Both the position numbers and the translations under genes were made by a program. A DNA stretch of 64,000 nucleotides. Origin: Chlorokybus atmophyticus. Its lineage: Eukaryota; Plantae; Mesostigma and Chlorokybus algae. Within the stretch, counting starts at the first letter, position 1. Every line of letters starts with the position of its first letter. Location: assembly GCA_009103225.1 (NCBI GenBank), contig RHPI01001715.1, positions 62,001-126,000 on the forward strand, read 5' to 3'. The notes under the pieces were generated by a model. The model was not told the origin of the DNA. It made no database searches and saw only the letters and a list, made by a program, of their open reading frames with translations. This document shows, one piece after another, positions 47,791 through 60,941 of this stretch.

Positions 47791-50700
47791 ATGGCGATGA
47801 TTGGCGGGCAGGCAGACTTCTCGTCTAGCGGCGGGCTGGTTCGCCGTTCCAGCGGTTCCTATTCGCACGACCAGGAGGAGCATGAACTCGACTTCCAAAA
47901 CCTGAAGTACGTGCGTGTTCGCAGGCCTGCCGGAAAAGCAGCCAGCATGCCAAAAGTTATTCAGCCTTCTCAGCATGCCGCTTGGTGTTGTTTGTTGTAA
48001 ATAGCAGGCATGCTCATGAAGTTGAGATGATCGTTCAACAGCTGTTGACACGTTGAGCCACAACTAGACAACCACAAAAACATGCCCACGTGCACAGGAT
48101 GGCGGCGCTGCAGAAGCTGTCAGAGAAGGAGAGGCGACAGCATGTTGTACTGCCAAGCGCGTCGGGGCGAGAGGTGGTGCCGCTGAAAGTCAGCCGCGCC
48201 ACTACCGCCCAGCGGCAGCAGCTTGTTGCCGGTGTCTTGGAGGAGACTGATCAGAGCAATGAGGCCTTCACTCGCCGCGTCCGTGAGCGCATGGACAGGT
48301 TCGCACCTTTCTAGAAATCTCTGCTGTCGCTGCCCGTCCTTTGCTTGCTAGCCTTGGAGGTCATACGTGCATGCAGTGCGTGCTTCGCAGTGTTAATCAC
48401 TGCATGGCCATATGGCCAAGCTTGCAGTGTGGTTGCAACCAGTCCCCTGTTTCGCGTTTTGCACTGCGTTATTGCAATGCATGCATTGAAACACAATTAT
48501 GAATGCTTGGTGCAGGTCATACAGAGACAGACATGCACATTCATGCTTGTTGGCACCTGACTAGTAGTTGTCACTAGCATGAACATGGGTGCATGGTTGT
48601 TGCAGGGCTGGCGTGGAGCTGCCCAAGGTAGAGGTGCGTTTCAAGGATCTGGAGATAGCGGCCGATGTGTATGTGGGTGACCGTGCTCACCCGACACTGC
48701 TGAACACGGTGCGCAATGTAGTTGACAAGCTCATCCTCTGCTGGCGGGCCAACAAGAACAAGCGGGAGTTCGTCATCCTGCACCAGATTAGCTCAATCCT
48801 CAAGCCAGGCTGCTTCACATTGCTGCTCGGCCCGCCAGGTGCAGGCAAGACCACTTTGCTGAAAGCCCTAGCCGGCAAGCTGGGTAACCAGGACTTGAAG
48901 ATCACCGGCGACATCACCTACAATGGCGAGACGTTTGACAAGTTTATTGTGCCACGCACGGCCGCGTATATTGAGCAGACCGATGATCATCTTGGCGAGT
49001 TGACTGTGCGTGAAACCCTGGACTTCTCTGCTCGAGTGCAGGGTGCTGGCATGCGCGCAAGTACGGTAGCCCCTCTTCGACACATAGTGCTTCAGTTGTG
49101 GTCGTCACCACTGATAATTGATCATCGCATATAATACCCGCAGGTGTGTTGGAGGAGTTGGTTAAGAGGGAGGCGGAATTGGGCATTGTGCCAGATCCGG
49201 AGATAGATGCCTTCATGCATGCAGCGAGCGTTGAGGGAAAGCGCCACTCTGTCATGACTGATTACATCATGAAGATTTTTGGCATCGATTTTGTCGCTGA
49301 CACCCCTGTTGGTAACGAAATGATCCGTGGTATCAGTGGTGGTCAGAAGCGGCGTGTCACAACTGGTATGATATGCGTTGAGCGCTCACCTGCATGCATT
49401 TCTCGAGTGGTGCAGACTCTCGTTGCTATTGTCATGTGCTGATTGTCACTGGTTGCAGCTGAGATGGTCGTGGGACCCAAGAAGACTTTGTTCATGGTGA
49501 GTAAACCAGCACTCAGTTTGTGCTCCAGTAGGTTTTTACAAACGCATTCGCGCACTTGAGGCTTGCCCTGTTATCTGTAAGTGCTCACGCTGTGGTTGGA
49601 CAGGACGAAATCACTACTGGTCTGGATGCATCAACTGCCTGGAGCATTGTGAAGGCGGCGCAGAACTTCACGCACACGCAAGATGCCACTGTGTTGATGG
49701 CACTGCTGCAGCCGCCTCCCGAAATCTATGATCTGTTTGATGAAATTTTGCTCCTATCCGAAGGCCACATCGTTTTTCACGGACCACGACTACAAGTGCG
49801 TATTTTGCAGCAGCGCATGGTACCAGATATTGTCTTCTTGACACTGAGGTGACTTTGTGCACACGTTTGCAACAGGTCTTGCCGTTCTTTGAAGAATTGG
49901 GTTTCAAGTGTCCCGTGAGGAAGGGCGTAGCAGATTTCCTTCAGGAAGTGACGTCCAAGAAAGACCAGGAGCAGTACTGGTGTCGTGACAAACCTTACCA
50001 CTACGTGTCAGTTCCTGAGATGTCTGCTTACTTCTATGAAAAGTCCCTTGGAAAACAGACACTGACAGAACTGCAGCAGCCCATTCCATCCGGGAAATAC
50101 CGCGCAGATGTGAGTCTTTTTTAAATATGTTGGACTGCTCATGATATTGTTTGTACCAGTGCAGAATGCTAATATCGCCGCTTGACAGTCTTTGGTGAGG
50201 ACAAGGTTCGCCCTGAATGGCATTCAGATGCTGAAGGCCTGCTTAAACCGAGAACTCATCCTGATGAAGCGCAACCGCTTCATTTATATCTTTCGAACCA
50301 TTCAGGTGAGCTGTCAGGCATTGCAGGCCGCTAATTGCATTTGCGCATTGTTAGAGCGCGGAGGTTTTTGTCGGGGCACTGCGAGAGGACTCCAGATGCT
50401 TGCATCCTTGGGGTTTCTGCTTGAAGCATTCCTGCAATGCTTGCTAACAGTCATTGTCTTTGGTGCAGCTCACTGTGCTGGCATTGGTGACATCAACTCT
50501 GTTCTTTCGCACGCGCCTTAGCCCCAACACCATTGAGGATGGCAATCAGTATCTGGGTGTCCTGTTCTTCTCGCTGCTCATCTTCTTGTTCAATGGCTTT
50601 TCAGGTATGACAGTAATCTTCTCTTGCAGTATCACTTTTGTCGTCTCTTGTGCTCATGCTGGGTTGTTTGTGTTGGGCGGCAGAGATTGCGCTGGGCATT

Positions 50701-53700
50701 CAAAACCTGCTCCTTTTCTACAAGCAGCGAGACAACTACTTCTACCCTGCATGGGTTTACAGCCTGCCAGTTACCATACTGCGCATACCCTACTCCATAG
50801 TGGAAGCATTGTTGTGGTCGTGTATAGTGTATTGGGTGGTGGGGCTCACTCCAGATGCAGGCCGCTTCTTCTTGTTTGTGGCGCTAGGATTTCTGCTACA
50901 TCAAATGGCCATTGGGCTGTTTCGCTTCATCGGTGCCGTCGCCCGCACACTCGTTGTCGCCAATACGCTCGGTTCACTCGGCCTGCTCGTGGTCTTCGTG
51001 CTTGGTGGCTTCGTGCTAGCAAAGCGTAAGTAATTTGTCTACAACTATGCACTGCTCTTGGGTCAGATGGTACATGCGCTCATGTGAGCTCGCTTGCAGC
51101 TGACATTCCACCCTGGTGGATTTGGGGCTACTGGGTCTCGCCGTTGTCTTACGGACAGAATGCGCTTGCACTAAATGAGTTCACATCAGCACGCTGGCAA
51201 TCCAAGATTTACGAGTAAGCAGCATGCGCCGTAGAGCCCTTGTACCTTTGCACGCAGGCATCAGCTTGGCTCCTCGTTGCTATTGCATTGATTGTTCTGT
51301 TCTTCACAGCTCTGCAACTGGCGAGACTCTTGGAGATGCGGTGTTGCGCCAACGAGGTCTGTTCACCAATCGTGTGTGGGAGTGGATTGGCTTTGCTGCT
51401 TTGGTGGGTTTCTACATCCTGTTCAACATCCTCGTGATCATTGCCCTCCACTTTGGAAAAAGTGAGTAAGCCTTGCTTGATCAGTGACTGTACTTGAATC
51501 CTACTCACGCAAATACTCTGCAAACAGCACCGGAAAGCTCCGAAGTTGTGGTACCAGAAGAAATGCTGAAGCAGCGCAATATTTCACGCGAAGAAGCTAA
51601 GCGCTCGCGGAGGCCATCAACATCTGTACGGGTATGTCATGACATTGTTGGTAAAGTTATGCAAGCATATCACTTACCTCACACCGATTGTTCACACCTG
51701 TACAGGGTGGTGAGATTCCAGCTGGAGATCACCATGCGATTCAGCTTCATGATGTTGGTAGCAAACATGTTGATGAGAAGCACCCGACAATGAAGGCGGT
51801 GCCTGAGGATGGCGTTGATGTTGAAGCTGGGGTTCTAGCGAATGGCATCATACGGCGCAACTCCTCAACACAGTCTGGTGGCATGAATCGGCGCTTCGCT
51901 GCCCTGCGCAGCGGCACCAGCAGCCAAGGCAAGCGTTACGAGTCTACCGGGCGTGGTATGGTTTTACCTTTCACACCCGCGAACTACACATTCCACAACA
52001 TCTGCTACACCGTGCAGGTATGCGTAGCACTCGCCGGGCTTCTTACAACTTTGGACTTCCAACTTTGTCATGCGACCCACGCTTGTGTCTTTGCAGGTGG
52101 ACGGCAAGGATTTGCGACTTCTCAACAATGTGAGTGGTGTTTTTCGCCCGAAGGTCTTGACAGCACTCATCGGTGTGTCCGGTGCTGGCAAGACAACGCT
52201 GATGGATGTCCTCGCCGGTCGCAAGACGACGGGCCGCGTTGAAGGTGGAATGTTGTGCTCTTTGTTCTGGTATCTGTGCAGGTGCAGTCTCGTTGTGCAC
52301 GAGTTGTCCTTAACTTCGCTCCTTTGCATTTGGGCAGGTGACATGCGCATCAATGGCTACCCCAAGGAGCAGGCGTCTTTCGCTCGCATCTCCGGCTACT
52401 GCGAGCAGACCGACACGCATTCTCCGGCCACTACTGTTGAAGAGGCGGTGAGGTTCTCTGCGAGGCTCAGGCTGGAGAAGTCCGTTGATGAGGACACTAT
52501 GGGCACTTTCATTGAAGAGGTCATGGACTTGGTGGAGTTGACAAGCATCAGGGATGCCATTGTGGGAATTCCGGGACGCAGCGGCCTGTCCGTTGAGCAG
52601 CGCAAACGCCTGACCATAGCAGTGGAGCTCGTGGCAAACCCAAGCATTATCTTTATGGATGAGGTGCGCCTTGTCACATGCACGCAACAAGTTTCTCTTT
52701 GGCTTGATGTATCCTAGTAGTGACCCTTCCTCTGTCCCGCAGCCTACATCTGGTTTGGATGCGCGCGCAGCAGCTATTGTCATGCGCACTGTGAGAAACA
52801 CAGTGGATACGGGTCGTACAGTGGTGTGCACAATTCATCAGCCCAGCATTGACATCTTCGAGTCCTTTGACGAGTTGCTTCTTCTCAAGCGTGGTGGCGA
52901 GGTTATCTACTTTGGGCCTCTTGGACATGAGTCAAGTGAACTGGTTAGCTTCTTCCAACAGATCCCAACCGTGCCTCGCATCGCCGAGGGCCAGAATCCA
53001 GCCACATGGATGCTAGAAGTGTCCACTCCTGCGGTTGAGAAATCTACCGGAGTGGACTTTGCTGAGTATTACCGCAACTCCAACCTTTTCAAGTAAGCCG
53101 TCGCATTGAGACCATTGTGAGCGCACTTTCAGCCCACGGTAGTCCACGTTGTTGATATGAATTCTGTTGCAGGCGTAATGAAGCCATAATCGAAGAGTTG
53201 TCTCAACCGCAACCCGGATTGGAGCCCGTTCACTTCGACAATAGATACGCCAGGCCATTCCCGGAGCAGCTGATGGCGTGCATTTGGAAGCAGCGCAAGA
53301 CATATTGGCGGAGTCCCCAGTACAATGCTGTGCGCATTGCAATGACCATCCTCATCGGTTTCATCTTTGGCACAACTTTCTGGAACAAAGGCAACAACCG
53401 GTCAAACCAGAGGGACGTGTTCAACATTGCAGGTGGTGTGTATGCTGTTGTACTCTTCTTGGGTGTCCAGAACGCTTCCACAGTTCAGCCAGTTGTTGCT
53501 GTTGAGCGAGGGGTATTTTATCGCGAGCGCGCTGCTGGCTACTACTCCGCCATCCCGTATGCTCTTGGACAGGTATTGGTTGAAATACCATACCTCCTTA
53601 CGCAGACGGCTGTCTACGCCCTCATCACGTATGCAATGATAGAGTTTCCTTGGACTGCCGCCAAGTTCTGGTGGTAAGTTGGTCAACATTCTTTGCACAC

Positions 53701-54263
53701 ATACATGGCATCTTATGCCTGTATGCAGGGGGCTGATGCTGTGACGTGTGTTCAGGTACTTCCTGTTCATGTACCTGACGCTTTCTTATTTCACATACTA
53801 TGGCATGTGTTCTGTGGTGTTGACTCCGAATGTGCAACTGGCTGCTGTCCTCTCCACCTTCTTCTACTCTTTCTGGTGGGTGAAGCTCATCATATGCATC
53901 AGCAAAAGTTGCACGTGTTGCCCTGTGTCATTAACTAACCTGGTGTTAACTTGTTGCAGGAATCTATTTGCGGGCTTTATCATTACACGCGAGCAGATGC
54001 CTGGGTGGTGGAAGTGGTACTCCTACATCAATCCGGTGTCGTGGACGCTGTACGGTCTTGTGGGCAGTCAGCTTGCCGACGATGACCATGTGATTGACGT
54101 GGCCGGAACAGGCTCGGAGACTATCAAGCACTTTATCAACAACTACTTTGGGTTCAAGTATTCGTTCCTGGGGCAGACGGCGGGAATTCTGATCGCCTTC
54201 GTCATCACCTTTGCTGGTGTTGTTGTTGTGGGCATCAAGTTCCTCAACTACCAGCGGCGATAA
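47791..54263 (+). CDS. PDR: Full-size ABCG / pleiotropic drug resistance transporter (NBD-TMD-NBD-TMD)
   Basis: PKVEVRF; [12 protein letters not shown]; [10 protein letters not shown]; DEITTGLD; LILMKRN; NBD2 [22 protein letters not shown]; [26 protein letters not shown]|[15 protein letters not shown]; YWRSPQYN; FYRERAAG; plant-like end FLNYQRR*. Confidence 0.97.
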
Positions 54264-55831
54264 GCAGCGATCTGACCTGTCGCGGCGCTGAGTTTGCGTG
54301 TTCGCCATCTATGTAGCACGCGCGTAGTGCCAGGCGAGGTTGTTGAGGGGTTATGCAGCTTGACATTTGCTACGTATGATGCTAGTTTAGTCAACATAGT
54401 TCGTTGCTTGCGGTTTTGCTGGTGGTGGGGGATGGTGCAGTCGCTCACATGCGGTTATCTCGGTTGTAACTGTTTGTATCTGCTCCGCTGTGTGTACAGG
54501 ACGCTCAGTAATATGCACTTATGCATGCACTGGTCATTAACATGCACCACACTTGTTCTCTTGGTACTAATGTATGATGGATGTTTAATCAGTCAACGGT
54601 GTTGGTGGTCGTGTTGCTTCAACCCTCACACATAATAATCTGGTTGTTGACGTTTGTTGATGATGCTGTCTCGTGCTATACAGGCATTGTGCATACCAAA
54701 ACTGCATGGCTTGCGAGTCCATTCTTATGGCAAGTTGGGTATGGTAGTGATTAGATATGATGGTGGTACCACTGACAATAAGCGCTTGCATGTGATAATA
54801 GAGGATGAATTCTTCTCAACGCACACCATTAGCACAAAGCTGTTCGCATATACTGCATACACCTGCCACTGTCATTACACACACGCATGCACATAGGGTA
54901 GTGGGTATTAATTTAGTTAGTGTTTATGTGGAGCTACACCTGGTTAAATTGATAAAGGCGTTACCAAATGCTTGTTGTTTGTTTGGTAGGTTGGTGACAT
55001 AGCTAACTTAGCTACAACTGCATTTTGATTCATACCGTACACATTGCATGGTGTGATGGCACTTTCAAATTCTACAATCACACATTAGGATAGAGCTAAG
55101 GTAGACGTAGTACATAACCTGGCGATGATAAGGGTGGTATTGATAATTGCATAATGTGATTGTGGACAATGATGGTGCATTGCCGTGTCATGTACAAGCA
55201 TGAGACAATGAATGGCACATGCAACGCCATGCTAGCATGCGTAGCTGCCTACCCAGTATACGCGGCATCATCGTTGCCTTCACATCATTGTCTAAACACA
55301 GTTTGTACACAGTATGTGATAACACGAAGTTTGATGGTATATGGTAGTGTACATCAATAGGCAACGTATGCTAGGTGTGTATAAAAAAACACAATGCAAT
55401 GCCATGCCAGGTTGGCGATATGCAAGATACTTAAGCATGTTCTCTACATGGTGTGCCTTATGCTGTTCAACCCCAACATCGTTGCCGGCGGAGCGTTATA
55501 ATTTCAAGTTAACAAAGTTTTCGCTTATGATGTGTCAGGTAGAGGTGCTTAGCTCTACCTTGGCCCGTATGCAAAGCCATGCAGATGTGTTGCTTGCATC
55601 TGACCCCTGCACTTGATTTCGCTTGCTTTACAACAACTTGAACGTGATCTACGTCAGATACACGATTATTACAACGTTTAATCGCTTACATGAGACACCG
55701 CACATTGCATAAAGAGTCATGTTCAATATGATTACGGCATGTGTTCAATTAATAGAAGGGTCAGAAGTAGTTGGTAGGTAGCATGCAGGCGCTTCAGCCT
55801 AGTGGTCGAGTTGGTGAATTCTTGTGGTGTA

Positions 55832-56113
55832 TTATTGGATGTGCACGTAGGTTGATATGTTTAACTTGCCTCTTAATCTTGTGTACATCATTTTCGCAAA
55901 AATGTCACCGAATTCCACTTTGAAATAAATAAATATGATACATGTAAAAGCGTTGAGATCGCGAGCTGTAATTTTATTAATACATCTGTACTTAAGCATA
56001 TGCCATTCAACATTACATAACCTGATATCATCATATAGTATCATTGGTTGGCTTGAAAAACTTATGCACAAGCACCAGGGATTGATCAATGCAAGTCCCG
56101 TCACCACCACCAC
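55832..56113 (-). CDS. Low-GC orphan ORF (93 aa) adjoining repeat copy 2; probable TE or viral relic
   Basis: Open frame in about 30% GC DNA; no family recognised. Confidence 0.2.
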   Translation of the reverse strand: MVVVTGLALINPWCLCISFSSQPMILYDDIRLCNVEWHMLKYRCINKITARDLNAFTCIIFIYFKVEFGDIFAKMMYTRLRGKLNISTYVHIQ

Positions 56114-56410
56114 TACAGCTCGGGAAGTTGTCGCTCAACAATAAAGAAAGAGAGGATGACCATGAGCCTCTTTACACAGCTCAGCCACCTAGCACGCATG
56201 CCCAACTGGGTCGACTACTAGGCCCACAACACCACAACATCACAACCCACAAAGGATGAGGTGGCCCACCACATGGGCTTCAAAAGCTCCTTTGTCAGCT
56301 AATAACTCGGCACCGCACGTACGAGTGTCGCAATTGCAAGGTGAACACATTGATCTCCACACAAGGATAATATGGAGATTTGTGACAGATTTACCACTTG
56401 TTGCACTCCG
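56050..56410 (-). repeat. Dispersed non-coding repeat, copy 2 (diverged homologue of 7530-7860)
   Basis: Same ordered shared blocks as listed for copy 1. Confidence 0.75.
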
Positions 56411-57800
56411 GGAGCTTTAATAGGGAATGGCACTCTCGACGTGGCCCATGATTTTCAATGCCACCTAGCCATTATCACTGTGTGTGTGCGCTGAACTAGC
56501 ATTAATATCGGAATCAATAACCTCTACCTCACGTATGTCAAACCACCTTGGGTGAGATGATTAGAACCACTTATAAACTACCAACATGGGCTTTTCTCGT
56601 ACATGCGTACTTGCGGATTGCCCTCAGGCATCATTATTATTATTATTATTATCATATACCTTGCGTTTATCACATCAATAGCAAATCGCACCATCACGGT
56701 GCAAATCCTGGTTTGCCAACCTGGATCACTGTTCTGAAATTGCCACTTCCTATGGCAAAATACAGTACGGTATATGAAGGCTTCCATGCCGTAAGTATCA
56801 AATGATTCTTTGCTAGCCCTCGTTAATGCCATGTGGTATACCCACAAGCAATACACACACCTGTGACGAACAAGTCCTAAGTTGGGTTCTTATTATTTAC
56901 ATAGGTAGAAAACAGCGAATGACTTTCGCTAGCTGTGGGCATGACAAGAGCAGCAACATTGAGCAGAGGTCACTTTCATATCGCTGGGGCCGCATCATAG
57001 CTTGCAATATGCATATGGGATCTTGCGTGATGACTAATGTACCTTATATATAGTTTTAATGACCGCGCAATGTATGCTTCACTTGGAAAGTGATCGTGTA
57101 ATAGATTATGAGTAGCTGAGAAGCGCCCTTAATGGCGGAGAGGTGAGCGAGGTGTTTGAGGGGGGCAAACGTCTTGCTTGACGAAGCTAAGATGCGAGCT
57201 ATTGCAGGTATCAAGACGTGAATGATGTATTATTATGATTAGTTGTCATATACGGAATGAGAATCCGTTAATATCATGTGGACAACATAAGTCATGACGC
57301 TGAAAGTTGTAAAAGTCTTGTGCGTGACTCTGACTGATGTATGGTTGCAGGTCATGTACAACCCCAAGGTGATCCTGGTAGAGGATTGTTTTGATCTGCC
57401 AAATGTTCAAGTCTTCTGCCTGCTTGGCAATCTTGTTCATCAAATACTCCAACCAGGACAAATGGTAGCAGCTGCCACGCGGCAGACAGGAGCGCCGGTC
57501 TAGCGGAACCTGGTAGGTGTAGCGTCGGCCTGGTCTGGCCTGGCGGTGGCGTTGTTGCGTAGGTGGTCCAGGCAGCAGGCGGGCCAGGGAGGCGTGTCGG
57601 AGGGGGGCTGACTGCTGGTGCTGGAGGCTCTCTTTTGTTGGAGGTTGCCCGCACCTGAATTCGAGCTCTTTGCCAGCTGGGTGCTGTCGCTGTCGCTGTC
57701 GCTGTGGTCGTCGTCGTCGTCGTCGTCGTGGTTGTGGCTGTCGTCGTTATTGTTGTAGTTCTCCTTATCGCCTCCAGCCGCTGCGGCACAGCCGCAGCAA

Positions 57801-60453
57801 ATGGGCAACGGCAGCAGCCGGAGGGCCACGCCGCCGCCCGAGCGGTCTGGAGCTGCGGGCGGGAGAGCGGCCGCTCAGCCCACGAGCAACGCATTGACAG
57901 GCGGCGGCGGTGCTGCTGCGCCTCCAGCAGACACCTATGCCGCAGCTCCCAGGGCCCCTCACCAGCCGCCTCCTCCTCCTCCTCCTCCTGCACCTTCTGC
58001 ACAGCACTACCCCCACTACTCCGCTTACCAGCAACCCTTCGCTCCGCCGCCTCCTCCTCTCCCACAAGCATACAACCCGCCTCACCATGGAGCGCATGAC
58101 CCTACCACCGTCTCAGCCTACTACAACAGCTACTTGTTCCCCCCAGTCAGCAGCTGGTATGGCCGAGCCGATCCCTACGCCGCAAACGTCAGGTACAATA
58201 TCAGTCTTGATTCCAGAACAAATCCTTACTGAGCGTGGTCTGCGATCTTGTCATGCAACAAACACCCAGGGTTCGTGCGGAATGAGTCTTTGCTCAGCAA
58301 CTTGCTGTCCCTACAGCACATACACTGCGACCAATATGCATGGTCACATCTGCGGCACATCACAAGTAGTCAGGTCAAGACAATCAAATCTGAACGGCGT
58401 GAATTGTGGCCAGCTCGCAATAGCTCCCAACACGGATTGCGGGTCATGGTTTTGCGGCTTTGGCTCAGCAGGAAAGGCTTGGGGTATTGGGCTACCCAGA
58501 GAAAGTTGCTGACTTTCTGCCTTGAGACTCAAGGCAGTGAGTTGTCTGTTGTTGGGGGGTTCGTGTGCGAGTCGTGTACGAGCCAACAGGACAGAGCTTA
58601 GACGAGTGGCAGGCATTATGCTTAGCAAATGCATATGCCACAGCAAGTGTTGGTTTTGTGCATTGCGTTTCATGTGGTTGAGTTGACTTGGCAAAGCAAT
58701 TCACGTAAGGCGATGAATGTTTATGTTTGATTGCAATGGAACACTACTAGGCTCGTATGAACCGCTTCCCTTTTGCGCCCACCTTGTACGCATTGTTAAG
58801 CGTTTTTTTATTCAGATGCTCTGTGATGGGGTGTGCAGGTATCAGTATGGCGCTGGGCCGGGCCGGCACCTCCCATTTATGGCGTATCAGCCGGTATGGC
58901 CTGGAGGCAGAGCTCCTGAGCGGCCACAACCACCGCCGCTGCAGTCGCAGCAGATGCGCAAAGTGCAGAATGTTGTGAACATAAAGAAGACATCATTACG
59001 CCTCGTACCCGATCCACAGACTCCTGGCTGTTGGAACTTAGACTTCACCTTTGATTCCATAGCACCCTGCAGGTATGATCAAAGTCTCTCACAACAGCTT
59101 TTGTTGTGTTGTTACTGCCGCCTCACGCGTAGTGTCACAGTGTGAGCGTTTTCTACGTGGCGGAAGAGATTCAAAATGCCATCGTCCCTCGAGCATCTAA
59201 GCAGAATGGGTCCTCTATGCCATATGACCCGCCCCCTCGCATGCATTTCACTGGTGGTTCAAATCAACGCTTTTCACAGCAGCCAGGGTCGCGAGAAGGC
59301 CTGAACCCCTCAAAGTACCTCACATCAGAGCTCACACAGGTGAGTCCTACGCACCCTCTTTGTGTGGGCGTGCCTGAAACTCAGGTGCAGTCAGCATGTT
59401 ATCTGAGTATACGACAAGCTTGCACATTGTCGTGTGTATGCACGCTCCTGTGTTCATAGGCATGTGTCCGCACCAAAAGCAAATTGGCATTTGTTGAAGC
59501 CCGCAAGCAAGCTGTAGTGCACTGTCGCACATCACTGCAGAGAGTTGACATGTCATTTTAGTGTATACAACATCATGCATTGATGAGTGTGTATATGTGC
59601 TCCCTGTGTACCTAGGCATGTGGTAGCACAGAAGTAAGCTGGCGGTTGGTAAAGCACGCAAGCATGCAGTAGCGTACATCACTGCTGAGTGTAAGATGCC
59701 AGCTTTCGTCGTGGTTGTTAGCGAGACTTGGTGCGTGCAGGACGGATCCCTTACTGTATACCCGTTGATTGTCCGCCTTGAGTCGGTGCAAAGGCCACGT
59801 GATTCATCAAGTGCAGAAGAAGAAGCCTCTACCTCAGCGCAATCCGCTCAGGAAGACAATTACGGGCCATCAGGCTGCTCGCTTCCGGAATGGGTGCATT
59901 GCCAGACGACATATGCAACATTGGTCAAAAAGCCTGACGGGCAATGGACTGTCAAGGTCAGTTACTAGCACTGTTCATTCTTCCCAGTCAGTCATTGTAA
60001 TCGGCCCCCTATTGCTTAAACATCCTTGATGTTTTCAGGTTTTGAAACAAGCATTGTGGGTAGAAGGGCAGAAGTACGAGTTGCATGAAGTCTATGGTAT
60101 GGAGTCAAAACCCGGTGATCAAGACAGTGCAGACTCCGCAGAGAATGAATTGGGGAAGGAGTGTGTTATTTGCTTGACAGAGAGACGGGACACTGTGGCG
60201 TTACCATGCGGTCATATGGTGAGCTGAGCACTCCAACATGCATGGTCTCTCTGCAGACGTAGATGTCACCTCAACACCAGCCAGCCTTGCTAAAGCTTCT
60301 GTGCTAATTCCCTCGTGCCTGCTTTTGCAGTGCATGTGCAGGTCTTGTGCGGATATGCTACGTTCTCAAAGCAATAAGTGCCCTATCTGCCGCTGCACAG
60401 TTGAAAGCCTTCATCAGCAACTGAGTGATACCGGCAGCAATCCCAAGTCCTGA
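57801..60453 (+). CDS. LOG2: LOG2/LUL/MGRN1-family RING E3 ubiquitin ligase
   Basis: N-myristoylation-type start MGNGSS; Pro-rich N-terminus; VQNVVNIKKTSLRL...FTFDS; YPLIVRLE; VK|VLKQALWVEGQKYELHEVYG; RING ECVICLTERRDTVALPCGHM|CMCRSCADMLRSQSNKCPICR. Confidence 0.93.
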
Positions 60454-60941
60454 TGCAGGCATGGCAGAACCAGCAGTATTCATGTTGACATGCTGCTCCT
60501 TAGCTGAGTGTAGCAATTGTGGCTGTGGTCACCAATCTGTAGATAAGCTCATGGCATGCTGATCTGGCATGTCTGTTAACGTGTTGAAATGTATGTGCGT
60601 TGAATTGTGCGTGTCCGCACAGTGACCCAATTGTACAATGCCTTGTAACACAGATAAATGTGTCAGCACTTGGTTTCTTTGTTGTTATGTGTGTGAGTAT
60701 GGTCATTGACCTCTTATGGGACTTTGCTGGTGCTGCCATGGATCGTGGTGATTGTTTGCTTCTGGTGGAAACCCAAAGGCAATCGACACGGTACTCGGCA
60801 AACGTTCTTCTTGCATGCGCATTCACACACACCATTGTACAACACGCACATTACGAGTGTCTCGATGCACTGATGGCATCCAGTCATTCTCAAGAAAAGC
60901 ACCGTTCTGTGAATGTGACCAATGCAATTTACGCTTACTCA

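Noticed and set aside
57352-58097. Long minus-strand and alternate-frame ORFs at the RING gene start
   Set aside because: Explained by GC-rich trinucleotide repeats and antisense shadow of the real exon.
21504-60453. Functional cluster of CAMTA, K+ channel, PDR and LOG2 as a stress-signalling locus
   Set aside because: The genes are unrelated, interspersed with housekeeping PheRS and TE debris, and nothing in the sequence shows co-regulation beyond the GTAC clusters reported separately.
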